Of a stretch of DNA of 64,000 nucleotides, positions 50,870 through 59,825 are shown in pieces. Each line of letters opens with the position of its first letter. The first letter of the stretch is position 1. The stretch covers positions 17,707 through 81,706 of the forward strand of contig JBDHAC010000003.1 in the NCBI GenBank assembly GCA_039588275.1, written 5' to 3'. This DNA comes from Gemmatimonadota bacterium. Its GTDB lineage: Bacteria > Gemmatimonadota > Gemmatimonadetes > Palauibacterales > Palauibacteraceae. Under the pieces are notes generated by a model. That model ran no database searches. It saw only the letters and a program-made list of their open reading frames with translations, and was not told the DNA's origin. A program made the position numbers and the translations under genes.

Positions 50870-53293
50870 GTGACAGATGAAGGAGACGTCGATCGAAATG
50901 CTCACGTGGGTGAGTCGGGGGAGGTGAAGGGGGGGGCACGCGGGCACGGGAAGGCCATCCTGTGGGTGTTCCTGGGTGGCGCCGCCCTGGCGAGCGTGTG
51001 GTTCTACCGCGAGTTCGTCTTCTTCGCGGAGCGGCTCATCTATGGCTCGGACATGCTGTTCGAGGGGATTTCCCTTCGGCGGTTCTACGTAGATGAGATC
51101 CGAGCCGGTCGCGGTGTTCCGCTGTGGATCCCGCACGTATACGGCGGAATGCCCTTCGTCGCGCTGCTTCCCGGACCGATCTTCTACCCGACGACTCTCC
51201 TGTACCTCCTCATGCCGCTCCATCGAGCCATTGGCTGGACCTTCGTCCTGCACACGTTCCTGAGCGGCGCCTTCGCGTATTTCATGGCCCGATCCTTCCG
51301 CCTGCGGCCGAGCTCGGCGGTAGTCTGCGGCGTCTCGTTCATGTTCACCGGGTACGTCACGTCACACCTGTTCGGAGGGCATGACGGACGGATGTTCGCC
51401 ATGACCCTGATCCCCCTGGCCATCGGCTCGCTCCAGCGAGGACTCGATACCGGCGAAGCGCACTGGTTCGGAGCGCTCGCCCTCGTCGTGGCAATGCAGA
51501 TCTTCACGCCGCACATGCAAGTGATGTATTTTTCATGTCTTGCACTGTCCCTATTCCTCCTGTTCCATCTCCTGGTCCGGGTACCTCGCGCTCCGGAGGG
51601 GGGGCGGAGGGGGGCGTACGCGCGACCGCTGGCCGGCTTCGCACTCGCATTGCTGGCGGCGATCGCGATCGGTGGGTTACAGCTGTTTCCGACGCTGGCA
51701 CTCCTTGACGACGCGACGCGCGCCGCGACCGAGCGGGGGTACGAGTTCGCCGCCTCTTACGCGTTGCCTCCCCAGGAGCTTACGGCACTCTTTCTCCCGG
51801 ACCTGGTCAGCTCGCTGCCGGGGCGGTACTGGGGCCAGAACCCACTCAAGCTCCACACGGAGTATCTGGGTGCGGTGCCGTTGGCGCTGGCGCTCTTCGC
51901 CATTGCGTCAGCATTTCGCCCCGGACTGAGCCGCGAGCACCGCCGCGTCATTGGCTTCCTGGTGGTGGCGAGTCTCCTGGGGGTCCTCTTCGCACTCGGG
52001 GCGGCGACGCCCGTCCACCGACTCGCGTACGTCGTATTGCCTATGATCCGGAGCCTGCGGGCGCCGGCGATGATGCTCGGGCCGGTCTCGGTCTTCATCG
52101 CGCTATTGGCGGGCTTCGGGTGGGAGGCCGCGGCGGCGCGGCGGGAGACTCCAGGGGATGAGGGCCCGTCGGTGTCGTGGGTCGCCCTCGCCCTCCTCGC
52201 GGGTCCCGTCTTGCTGCTCGGCGTTGTGGCGGCCGTCAATCCGCGCGGACTGCTTCGCTTCGTCCTCCTCGAGTGGTATCCGACCGGGTGGCCGCGCGAA
52301 CCTGACCCGGCGCTCGTGCCGGCCCTGCGCGCCAACGGAATGCTGCTCCTGGGAGGGTTTGGCCTTGCCTGGGGAGTCGCCCTCGCGGTGTCCCGTCGTA
52401 AGGTCAGCGAGCTGGCGCTCGTGCTCGTCGTCCTGTTTGCCGTCGCGGACCTGTGGCGGGTCGATTCACGGTACCTGGAGGTGCGCGACGCCGGGGAGCT
52501 CGAAGCCGATTCCGTTCTCACGGCGCTCACGAGTGAGACCAGCCCCGGGGAACGAGTGTGGGCGCCCGCCCTCGCCGGCTCAGTGCCCAACTATCGACCG
52601 AACCGCCTCATCTACCACGGCGTCTCGTCGGCGACGGGTCGTCAGAAGTTCCTTCTTCGCCCTTTCGCGAGGCTCGTGGGAGGCATCCAGCCGGACGAGG
52701 GACTGCTCCGGTATCCTGCGCTTCTCGGACTACTCGACGTTCGGTACCTGATCACGCCGGGGGTCCAGAATGGCCTCGACCTCGTCGCGGAGGCGGGCGG
52801 CCGCTACCTGTATCGCCTTCCGGACCCACCCCACGCCTTCTTTCCGGTGGACATCGCCGTGGTCGACGATACGGCGGAGGCCCTCGCGCGCACCCGCTCG
52901 AACCCGGACCCCATGACCCTCACAGTCGTAGAGGCCAGCTCGGGTAGGGAGCCGCCGGCGCCGGGGCGTGGACGCGCGTCGATCGTGGGTTACGAGCCCG
53001 ATAGGATCGAACTCGGTGCGGAGGTCGAGCTCCCCGGACTGCTGGCGGTGAGCGAGATCTTCCACCCGGGCTGGCGCGCGTACGTGGACGACGAGGAGGT
53101 CCCGGTATGGCGGGTCAACGTGGCGTTTCGGGGCGTCGAGGTGCCCGCCGGGACGCATCGAATCACCTTCGAGTACGATAGCCGTTCCTACCGCCTGGGG
53201 TTCTGGTTGAGCATGCTGACGATGATCGGGGTCGGTGTCGTGATGTGGCTTTCGTGGCGCAGGTCTCGCCTCGCGTCGAAGAGCGCGATTTGA
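50870..53293 (+). CDS. YfhO-family polytopic membrane protein (GT-C type glycosyltransferase)
   Basis: 807 aa with about 13 TM helices and a C-terminal periplasmic domain. The N-terminal region is typical of YfhO. Confidence 0.6.
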   Translation: MTDEGDVDRNAHVGESGEVKGGARGHGKAILWVFLGGAALASVWFYREFVFFAERLIYGSDMLFEGISLRRFYVDEIRAGRGVPLWIPHVYGGMPFVALLPGPIFYPTTLLYLLMPLHRAIGWTFVLHTFLSGAFAYFMARSFRLRPSSAVVCGVSFMFTGYVTSHLFGGHDGRMFAMTLIPLAIGSLQRGLDTGEAHWFGALALVVAMQIFTPHMQVMYFSCLALSLFLLFHLLVRVPRAPEGGRRGAYARPLAGFALALLAAIAIGGLQLFPTLALLDDATRAATERGYEFAASYALPPQELTALFLPDLVSSLPGRYWGQNPLKLHTEYLGAVPLALALFAIASAFRPGLSREHRRVIGFLVVASLLGVLFALGAATPVHRLAYVVLPMIRSLRAPAMMLGPVSVFIALLAGFGWEAAAARRETPGDEGPSVSWVALALLAGPVLLLGVVAAVNPRGLLRFVLLEWYPTGWPREPDPALVPALRANGMLLLGGFGLAWGVALAVSRRKVSELALVLVVLFAVADLWRVDSRYLEVRDAGELEADSVLTALTSETSPGERVWAPALAGSVPNYRPNRLIYHGVSSATGRQKFLLRPFARLVGGIQPDEGLLRYPALLGLLDVRYLITPGVQNGLDLVAEAGGRYLYRLPDPPHAFFPVDIAVVDDTAEALARTRSNPDPMTLTVVEASSGREPPAPGRGRASIVGYEPDRIELGAEVELPGLLAVSEIFHPGWRAYVDDEEVPVWRVNVAFRGVEVPAGTHRITFEYDSRSYRLGFWLSMLTMIGVGVVMWLSWRRSRLASKSAI

Positions 53294-53330
53294 TCGGACC
53301 AGCGAGGGGGTTTCCACCCATGAAGCGCCG

Positions 53331-54323
53331 GTGACCGAGCTCGGGCACAGCGAGAGGGAGACCGCGGGGTCCCGGCTCCGTGACCGGAGGCGGGTACGGT
53401 TGGCTACGGGGCTCTTCCTCCTGCTCGCGCTGGTCGCCGTAGCGGTTGCCATACGAGGCGAATGGGCCGCGTGGACCACACTCGAGGACGACACGCGCAC
53501 CTATGGGTGGAGAGTGTCCGTTCCATTCCTCGCGGTGGCACTCGGGTGCGGAGTCTCGGCCCTGTTGGCGTCAGGCGCGCTGTGGGCCGCCCTGTTTCGG
53601 TCGGCCGGAGGACGTACCGGATGGCGTGAGGCGATCGCGGCCTGGTTGGGCTCCAACCTCGGAAGGTACCTGCCGGGCAAGTTCTGGCAGCTCGCCAGTC
53701 TCGCGGCGTACGTGCGAGCTCGTGGCGACTCCGGAGCCCGTGCGCTCACGGTGTCCTTGGCCCTTCAGGCCGTGGTCCTCGCAGCGGGCGCAGCCGTCGC
53801 GGTGATCTTTCTTGGCGGCCAAGCGTTTGGCGCCGCGAGCCCCTGGACGATCGCCATCGCGGTCGCGGCCATCGCCTTGGCGCTCAACCCGGCGGTACTT
53901 CGGCGGTCTATCGTCTGGGCAGGGTACCTCCTTCGCGAGGAGCCGACCCCCGAGGTGTCGGGACTCGGCTATGGCGTGCTGCTCCGCGCGGCAGCATGTG
54001 CCTTTGTGCTGTGGGGCTTGTATGGAGTGGGCTTCTGGGCCCTATGCAAGGGTCTGGTCGGAGGGAGCCCGGTGTCCGTCTCGATCGCAGCGGCCGTGTT
54101 CGCAGCCGGATACATCGTCGGTTACGTCGTACTCCTCGCGCCCGGGGGCATCGTGGTTCGCGAAGGTGCGATCGCCGGCCTCCTCGGTGCGGTGGCCGGT
54201 GTCCCGCTGGGACCAGCGACGGCGATCGCGCTCGCGGCGCGGCTGTGGACCACCGTGGCCGAGCTTCTCGCGTTCGCGCTCGCCGCTGGTGCCGGGCTGC
54301 GGCGACACTCCGGATCGCGCTAG
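53331..54323 (+). CDS. flippase-like lysylphosphatidylglycerol-synthase-TM (UPF0104) domain membrane protein
   Basis: About 8 TM helices. The family is frequently paired with Dpm1-like GT2 genes. Confidence 0.55.
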   Translation: MTELGHSERETAGSRLRDRRRVRLATGLFLLLALVAVAVAIRGEWAAWTTLEDDTRTYGWRVSVPFLAVALGCGVSALLASGALWAALFRSAGGRTGWREAIAAWLGSNLGRYLPGKFWQLASLAAYVRARGDSGARALTVSLALQAVVLAAGAAVAVIFLGGQAFGAASPWTIAIAVAAIALALNPAVLRRSIVWAGYLLREEPTPEVSGLGYGVLLRAAACAFVLWGLYGVGFWALCKGLVGGSPVSVSIAAAVFAAGYIVGYVVLLAPGGIVVREGAIAGLLGAVAGVPLGPATAIALAARLWTTVAELLAFALAAGAGLRRHSGSR

Positions 54324-54333
54324 CTTCCGGTCC

Positions 54334-55134
54334 ATGGAGGCAGAAGGGGGTGGGCGCGAGAGAGTGCCGGGAACCGACGGAGAACGATCGACCGTGAGCG
54401 GCACGATCCGGGAGAGCGCGGGTCGAGGGCTCGTGATCCTGCCTACGTACGAGGAGGTGGAGAGTCTCGGTCAGATCGTACCGCGCATCCTGGCGCTGGA
54501 TCCCCGCCTCGATATTCTGGTGATCGACGATGCGTCGCCTGACGGCACGGGAGAGCTGGCGGACCGTTTGGCTTCGGAGGAGCCCAGGGTCTCCGTTATG
54601 CACCGCGAGGGGAAACTAGGACTCGGGTCGGCTTACATCGCCGGCTTTCGGACCGGGCTGGAACGCGGGTACGACCTCCTGTTCGAGATGGATGCGGATG
54701 GTTCGCACGACCCTGAGCACCTCGTTCCGATGATCGCGGCGACGGAAGAGTTCGACGTCGTCGTCGGATCGCGCTACCTGCGCGGCGTGAACGTGATCAA
54801 CTGGCCGATGTCCCGTCTGCTGCTCAGCTACTACGCCAACAAATACGCCCGGGTGGTCACGGGCCTGGCTCTGGCGGACCTGACGAGCGGCTTCAAATGC
54901 TTCAAGCGCGAAGTGCTGGAGGCGATCCGCCTCGAGAAGGTCGGCTCCACCGGATACGCGTTTCAGATCGAGATGAACGTTCGAGCCTGGAAGCGGGGTT
55001 TCCGCGTGGGCGAGATCCCGATCGTGTTCGTGGATCGGGAAGCGGGGCAGAGCAAGATGTCGGGGGCCATCGTCCGCGAAGCGATATGGCGGGTGTGGGC
55101 GCTGCGCTTCAAGTCGATGTTCGGGAGGCTATAG
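54334..55134 (+). CDS. GT2 polyprenol-phosphate hexose synthase (Dpm1/Ppm1-like, soluble)
   Basis: VILPTYEEVESL...VIDDASPDGT...DADGSHDP motifs. ATG at 54334 lies inside the longer ORF. Confidence 0.75.
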   Translation: MEAEGGGRERVPGTDGERSTVSGTIRESAGRGLVILPTYEEVESLGQIVPRILALDPRLDILVIDDASPDGTGELADRLASEEPRVSVMHREGKLGLGSAYIAGFRTGLERGYDLLFEMDADGSHDPEHLVPMIAATEEFDVVVGSRYLRGVNVINWPMSRLLLSYYANKYARVVTGLALADLTSGFKCFKREVLEAIRLEKVGSTGYAFQIEMNVRAWKRGFRVGEIPIVFVDREAGQSKMSGAIVREAIWRVWALRFKSMFGRL

Positions 55135-55141
55135 GAGGCCG

Positions 55142-56074
55142 GTGAAGGAGCTCGCTGACGTTCTGCATCCGGCCCGGCGGAGGGTCCGGCCGGCGATCGA
55201 CTACAAGAGCCATCCGGTGTTCGCCACGCGGCCGGAATGGCGATGCGAGGTGCACCGGATCATCTTCGGGCACCTGACGCCGGGCGGGAAGCTGTTCGAC
55301 ATCATCCTGATCGCGGTGATCCTGGTCAGCGTCGCCGTCGTAATGATCGAGAGCGTCGCATCCGTGCGACTGCGACACGGCACTGCCCTGAGGACCGCAG
55401 AGTGGGTGTTCACCCTGCTGTTCACGCTCGAGTACGCGATGCGTCTCGTTGCGGCGGAGAACGCGGGCCGATACGCGCGCAGCCCCCTGGGGTTGATCGA
55501 CTTCCTCGCGGTCCTGCCCACCTACGTGAGCCTCCTCATCCCTGGAGGGCAGGCGTTCACCGTGATTCGGATCCTGCGCGTGATGCGCGTGTTTCGCGTG
55601 CTCAAGCTCGCGCAGTTCGTCGGGGGCGAGCAGCTGCTCATCCGGGCCCTGCGCGCGAGCTCATACAAGATCGTCGTGTTTCTCATCGCGGTGCTGACCG
55701 TCGTCGTGATCATGGGGTCGATCATGTACTTCATCGAGGGGCCCGAACACGGCTTCACGAGCATCCCGGTTGGCGTGTACTGGGCGATAGTGACGCTCAC
55801 CACGGTGGGTTTCGGAGACATCACCCCACAAACGCCGATTGGTCAGGTTCTGGCGGCGATGCTCATGATCCTCGGTTACGCCGTCATCGCCGTGCCCACG
55901 GGCATCGTGACCGTCGAGATGGCAGCCGCCGGGCAGCGTCGCATACTCCCCCGCGACAAGCCGGGAAAAGCGCGGCAATCGGGCCAGCGGCGCGTGTGCC
56001 TCGGGTGCGGCGCCGAGGGGCACGATGAGGACGCCACCCACTGCAAGTTCTGCGGGGTCCATCTGCCGACATGA
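55142..56074 (+). CDS. voltage-gated K+ channel (6TM, S4 sensor) with C-terminal zinc ribbon
   Basis: S4 segment IRILRVMRVFRVLKL. Pore TLTTVGFGD. C-terminal CLGCG...CKFCG. Confidence 0.75.
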   Translation: MKELADVLHPARRRVRPAIDYKSHPVFATRPEWRCEVHRIIFGHLTPGGKLFDIILIAVILVSVAVVMIESVASVRLRHGTALRTAEWVFTLLFTLEYAMRLVAAENAGRYARSPLGLIDFLAVLPTYVSLLIPGGQAFTVIRILRVMRVFRVLKLAQFVGGEQLLIRALRASSYKIVVFLIAVLTVVVIMGSIMYFIEGPEHGFTSIPVGVYWAIVTLTTVGFGDITPQTPIGQVLAAMLMILGYAVIAVPTGIVTVEMAAAGQRRILPRDKPGKARQSGQRRVCLGCGAEGHDEDATHCKFCGVHLPT

Positions 56075-56115
56075 GGCGGATCCCGAAGGAGCACGCCGCC
56101 GCCGAGCCGCGGCCC

Positions 56116-56159
56116 GGTGCACGTGTGAGAAGCGCCCGGGCGCGGCATCGACGTGCACC
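56116..56159 (+). other. nested GC-rich hairpin: outer 9-bp stem ggtgcacgt/acgtgcacc enclosing the 12-bp palindrome gcgcccgggcgc
   Basis: Read directly in the channel-antiporter intergenic region. Confidence 0.6.
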
Positions 56160-56180
56160 CAGGAGCCGTAGGGAGACAAG

Positions 56181-57896
56181 GTGAGCGGCGAGCCGATCTT
56201 TCTCTTCCTGATCCAGGTGGTCGTCGTCCTCAGCCTCGCCAGATTGTTGGGGGAGGTGTTCCGGTGGTTCAGGCAGCCGCCCCTGGCGGGCGAGATCCTC
56301 GCCGGCGTCCTTCTCGGGCAGACCGTGCTCGGCCACCTCGCGCCCGATCTGTTCGTGGCGCTGTTTCCGCCGGACGAGCTACAGGAAGCGATGTTCGGCG
56401 TGACCGCCGAGATCGGGATCCTCTTCCTCCTGCTCGTCGTGGGTCTCGAGGTCAACGTGGCCTCGGCCTGGAAGATGCGGAACCAGACGTTCACGGTCGC
56501 CGTCACTGGCGTACTGGTGCCGTTGGCGCTCGGGACCGCGGTCGCCTGGCTCCTCTACGACCAATGGGTCGAGGTCCCGACGCCTCGCCTGGCGTTCGCC
56601 CTCCTCGTCGGAGCAGGTGTCGCGATCACGGCGATAACCGTGGTCGCACGGCTCCTCTTCGACCTCAAGATCATGAAGTCCGACCTCGGGCTCTTCCTCA
56701 TCTCGGCGATGGCGCTCAACGAGCTGCTCGGGTGGGCGGTTCTCGCGGTGGTGCTCGGTCTCGTTGGAGCGGGAGCCGCGGGAGAGGGGATGGATGGCCA
56801 CGGACTCGCGTGGACCATGGTCGGGGTCGTGCTCTTCGCCGCGTTCGCTCTCACCGTGGGCCGCTGGCTCGCCACACGGGCGCTTCTGTGGATGGATCGG
56901 GCGGAGCTACCCAGCCCAGCCGCCCCGCTCTCGTTGGTCGTTTGCTTCGGTCTCATAGGTGGCATCGTGACGGGCGCGCTCGGGATTCACCCCGTCTTCG
57001 GATTCCTGATCGCCGGGATCATGGCCAGCGACCCCAGAGCTCTTTCCGAGCATACGCGCGCGATCATCGAACAGATGGTGGAGGCCATCTTCGTGCCGCT
57101 CTTCTTCGCGGGGATCTGCCTGCGGATCGATTTCGTGAGCGATTTCGACACCGTCACCGTGTTGTCGGTGACCGCGCTCTCCATCGTGGGCAAGTTTGTG
57201 GGAGCGGGTTTGGGAACGCTCATGGTTCGGATGCCCGCGGCGGACCGGCTCCCGGTCGCGATTGCCCATATCCCTGGCGGTCCGATGGGTGTGCTCCTCG
57301 CCAGCGTGGCGCTGGAAGCCGGGGTGATCGGGCCCCAGATGTTCGTCGCCCTGGTGATCGCCTCGATCGTCTCCGCACTTCTGGTGGGGCCCGCGTTCAC
57401 CCGGCAACTCCGGCAGGCCGAGACCCAGGACGTGTCGGCCTACATTGCGAAGGATCGCGTCGTGAGGCTGAGGGCGGCCTCGCGCGACGAGGCGATCGAG
57501 ACGCTCGCGGGCGTGGCCGCCGGGGCGCCCGGAGCGCCGGGATCGGACGTGATCCGCCGCGCCGTCGCGGCACGTGAAGCGACGATGGGAACGGGAGTGG
57601 GGAAGGGGATCGCGATCCCGCACGCGCGCATCCCGAACCTGAAGACGCCGATCATAGCGATCGGGATCTGCAGGGAGGGCATCGAGTGGGACGAGGTCGA
57701 CGGGAAGCCCGCGCACCTCATCTTCCTCGTGTTGACCTCGAGCAGGGACGAACGCGACACGCAGCTGAGGATTCTGGCCCAGATCGCGCGGTGCTTCTCC
57801 GATCCCCAACGGATGCGCGACGTGGTCGACGCCGTCGACACGGAAGGTGTGTGGGGGTGTCTGCAGGCCTCGCTGCAACCGGCGGCGCTAGGCTGA
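56181..57896 (+). CDS. CPA2 cation/proton antiporter fused to C-terminal PTS EIIA type-2 (PtsN-like) domain
   Basis: Na+/H+ exchanger TM domain (about 400 aa), followed by ...GTGVGKGIAIPHARIP... (EIIA-Ntr active-site His motif). Confidence 0.75.
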   Translation: MSGEPIFLFLIQVVVVLSLARLLGEVFRWFRQPPLAGEILAGVLLGQTVLGHLAPDLFVALFPPDELQEAMFGVTAEIGILFLLLVVGLEVNVASAWKMRNQTFTVAVTGVLVPLALGTAVAWLLYDQWVEVPTPRLAFALLVGAGVAITAITVVARLLFDLKIMKSDLGLFLISAMALNELLGWAVLAVVLGLVGAGAAGEGMDGHGLAWTMVGVVLFAAFALTVGRWLATRALLWMDRAELPSPAAPLSLVVCFGLIGGIVTGALGIHPVFGFLIAGIMASDPRALSEHTRAIIEQMVEAIFVPLFFAGICLRIDFVSDFDTVTVLSVTALSIVGKFVGAGLGTLMVRMPAADRLPVAIAHIPGGPMGVLLASVALEAGVIGPQMFVALVIASIVSALLVGPAFTRQLRQAETQDVSAYIAKDRVVRLRAASRDEAIETLAGVAAGAPGAPGSDVIRRAVAAREATMGTGVGKGIAIPHARIPNLKTPIIAIGICREGIEWDEVDGKPAHLIFLVLTSSRDERDTQLRILAQIARCFSDPQRMRDVVDAVDTEGVWGCLQASLQPAALG

Positions 57897-57953
57897 GGTG
57901 ATCGGAGACGGGCAAACGGCGTTCGAGGCGAGCTTACGCCCTGTGGCGGGGCG

Positions 57954-58739
57954 CTAACATTTCCCGGCCTTTCCGGCATTGTAGATCGCCCGGACCTCAG
58001 CACCCGTGAGCGCTCGGCCCCAGTAGCCGACCTCATCAACAAGACCGTTGAACTCGAAGTCGCTCGCCGGCGGGCCGAGGCTCTCGTCACGTCGTCCGAT
58101 TCCGAGCCAGGTGTCAGCCACGCGGATCGAGGTGGCGACCAGGGAGCCCGCTTCCGCACCGTTCACATAAAACCGCACCGTGAAGCCGTCCCACGTGAGC
58201 GCGAGGTGCGTCCACACGTCGATGCTCGCCGGGGCTGCGATTACGGCCGCCTGGTTGTTGTCGGCTTGGCGGATAAAACCGCGCCACACAGAACCGTTGT
58301 GGTCAATGACGTACGCCTCGGCATAGGCGGCCCCCTTGCCGACGACGGCTCCGTTGTTTGGCTGGAAGAAGTCGTGCAGCTTGGCCCAGGCATCGACCGT
58401 GAACCCCGGTGGTCCCGATGGGTTGAGATCGGGAGTGTCATCGACCCGGGCCATCGACCCGGACGACCCGTCGAAGCTGAAGGCCTGTCCCCCACGCGAG
58501 GTGACGTAGCCTGAGCTGAAGCCCGCGTTGCCGACCATCACGGCATCGCTATGGCCTACGAGGTCGTGTCCACTACCGTCGCCCGTCCACCAATGAAGGA
58601 GGCCGCTCGGAGGCGCCACGCAGTCAGTTGTTGATGTGGTCGTGATCGGGAGCGGGAGAAAGTCAGAGCAGGCGTCGAGAGCGAGGATGCAAGCGTCGAA
58701 CAAGAGCACGCCCAGCGCGAGAACCGTTAACCGCCGCAT
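57954..58739 (-). CDS. secreted LamG/concanavalin-A-like lectin domain protein
   Basis: Signal peptide. Laminin-G-like motifs (LVDEVGYWGRALTGAEV). Confidence 0.55.
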   Translation of the reverse strand: MRRLTVLALGVLLFDACILALDACSDFLPLPITTTSTTDCVAPPSGLLHWWTGDGSGHDLVGHSDAVMVGNAGFSSGYVTSRGGQAFSFDGSSGSMARVDDTPDLNPSGPPGFTVDAWAKLHDFFQPNNGAVVGKGAAYAEAYVIDHNGSVWRGFIRQADNNQAAVIAAPASIDVWTHLALTWDGFTVRFYVNGAEAGSLVATSIRVADTWLGIGRRDESLGPPASDFEFNGLVDEVGYWGRALTGAEVRAIYNAGKAGKC

Positions 58740-59109
58740 CGCGTTCCTCCGCAGCTAACGAGTGAACGAGCGCGCGACCTGAGATCAAGGCGGTACCGCC
58801 GCGCCCGTCATCCACCTGTACCTCTTAGATGCCGCGAGCCGACCAGATCTTACACATCCCAAGAGCGCTTGGTGCCCTCGAGCGGTCGCGGTCGAAGGTC
58901 GGGAATGAGCTATCACACACGTCAGCCGGCACTTACACCACGACGCGACGATGGGGAGCGGGAAAGGGGACCGCGATCCCCCTGACAGCCGGTCGAGTGA
59001 GGCGATCGGGTCCCTGAAGAGGGGAACCGGCGGGAGCGCTAGTTTACAGAATGTGTGTTATGCGCCATTAGGCCCAGTGACGAAGGTTGGCCGGGCCAAG
59101 AGGGGGTTC

Positions 59110-59808
59110 CTAGCTGCCAGAGTCCGTGAGCCGTCCGCGCAACTCGCCGAGTCGGATCCTGTACAGCCCTGCCTCGGACGGATCGTCGGCCTCCTCCGCG
59201 ATTCTCGCGTAGATGGCCACCGCCTCCTCCAGTCGCCCGAGGTCCGTGAGGATCCGCGCGGCATTTGCCGAAGCCTGCCGGCGCTGGAACGGATATCGGG
59301 CCGAGGATCCTATGTCCTGCGAGAGCTGAAGCGCTCGTTCGGGCTCTCCATTCTGTTCGTACGCGTTCGTGAGCAGCGTGCGCGCCCCGTAGCCGAGCGG
59401 AACATCGACCGGGAGGCCCACGGCCTCGAGGACGCGTATGGCGTCCTGTGAGCGGCCCCCATCGATGTAGAGCCGCGCCAGAACCAGCCGAGCCTCCGCT
59501 TCGGAGGGCGTGCCACCGAAGCGCTCGATGAACGCTTCGAGCTGGGATGTCAGCGCCGCGGGCTCCGTCCCGCCCGCCATCGCCCGGATCTGGCTCAGCT
59601 CGGCGGCTGCCCGCTCGCGCACCGTCGCCACGTACCCGCGATAGTACGTGATTCCGCCGGCCAGAAGCGCGGCCGCCCCGGTGATCAGGATCGCGCTGCG
59701 CAGGTTGTTCTTAAGCCATCGCCACAAACGCAACGTGCCGGCGACGAACGCGTCTTCCTGGGACTGTGTCGCGTCGGGCTTGCGACCGTGCGCCAACCGT
59801 TCGGGCAT
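59110..59808 (-). CDS. membrane-anchored tetratricopeptide repeat protein
   Basis: N-terminal TM helix, followed by TPR-like helical repeats. Confidence 0.55.
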   Translation of the reverse strand: MPERLAHGRKPDATQSQEDAFVAGTLRLWRWLKNNLRSAILITGAAALLAGGITYYRGYVATVRERAAAELSQIRAMAGGTEPAALTSQLEAFIERFGGTPSEAEARLVLARLYIDGGRSQDAIRVLEAVGLPVDVPLGYGARTLLTNAYEQNGEPERALQLSQDIGSSARYPFQRRQASANAARILTDLGRLEEAVAIYARIAEEADDPSEAGLYRIRLGELRGRLTDSGS

Positions 59809-59825
59809 CTATCTAACGTCCTATC

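Noticed and set aside
58880-58905. Sigma-54 promoter upstream of the LamG gene (GGCACC…)
   Set aside because: GG-N10-GC spacing is not satisfied.
58829-59451. ORFs 58829-59017 (62 aa) and 58951-59451 (166 aa) on the + strand
   Set aside because: They have no RBS, carry Arg/Gly-rich composition, and the second is antisense to the TPR gene.
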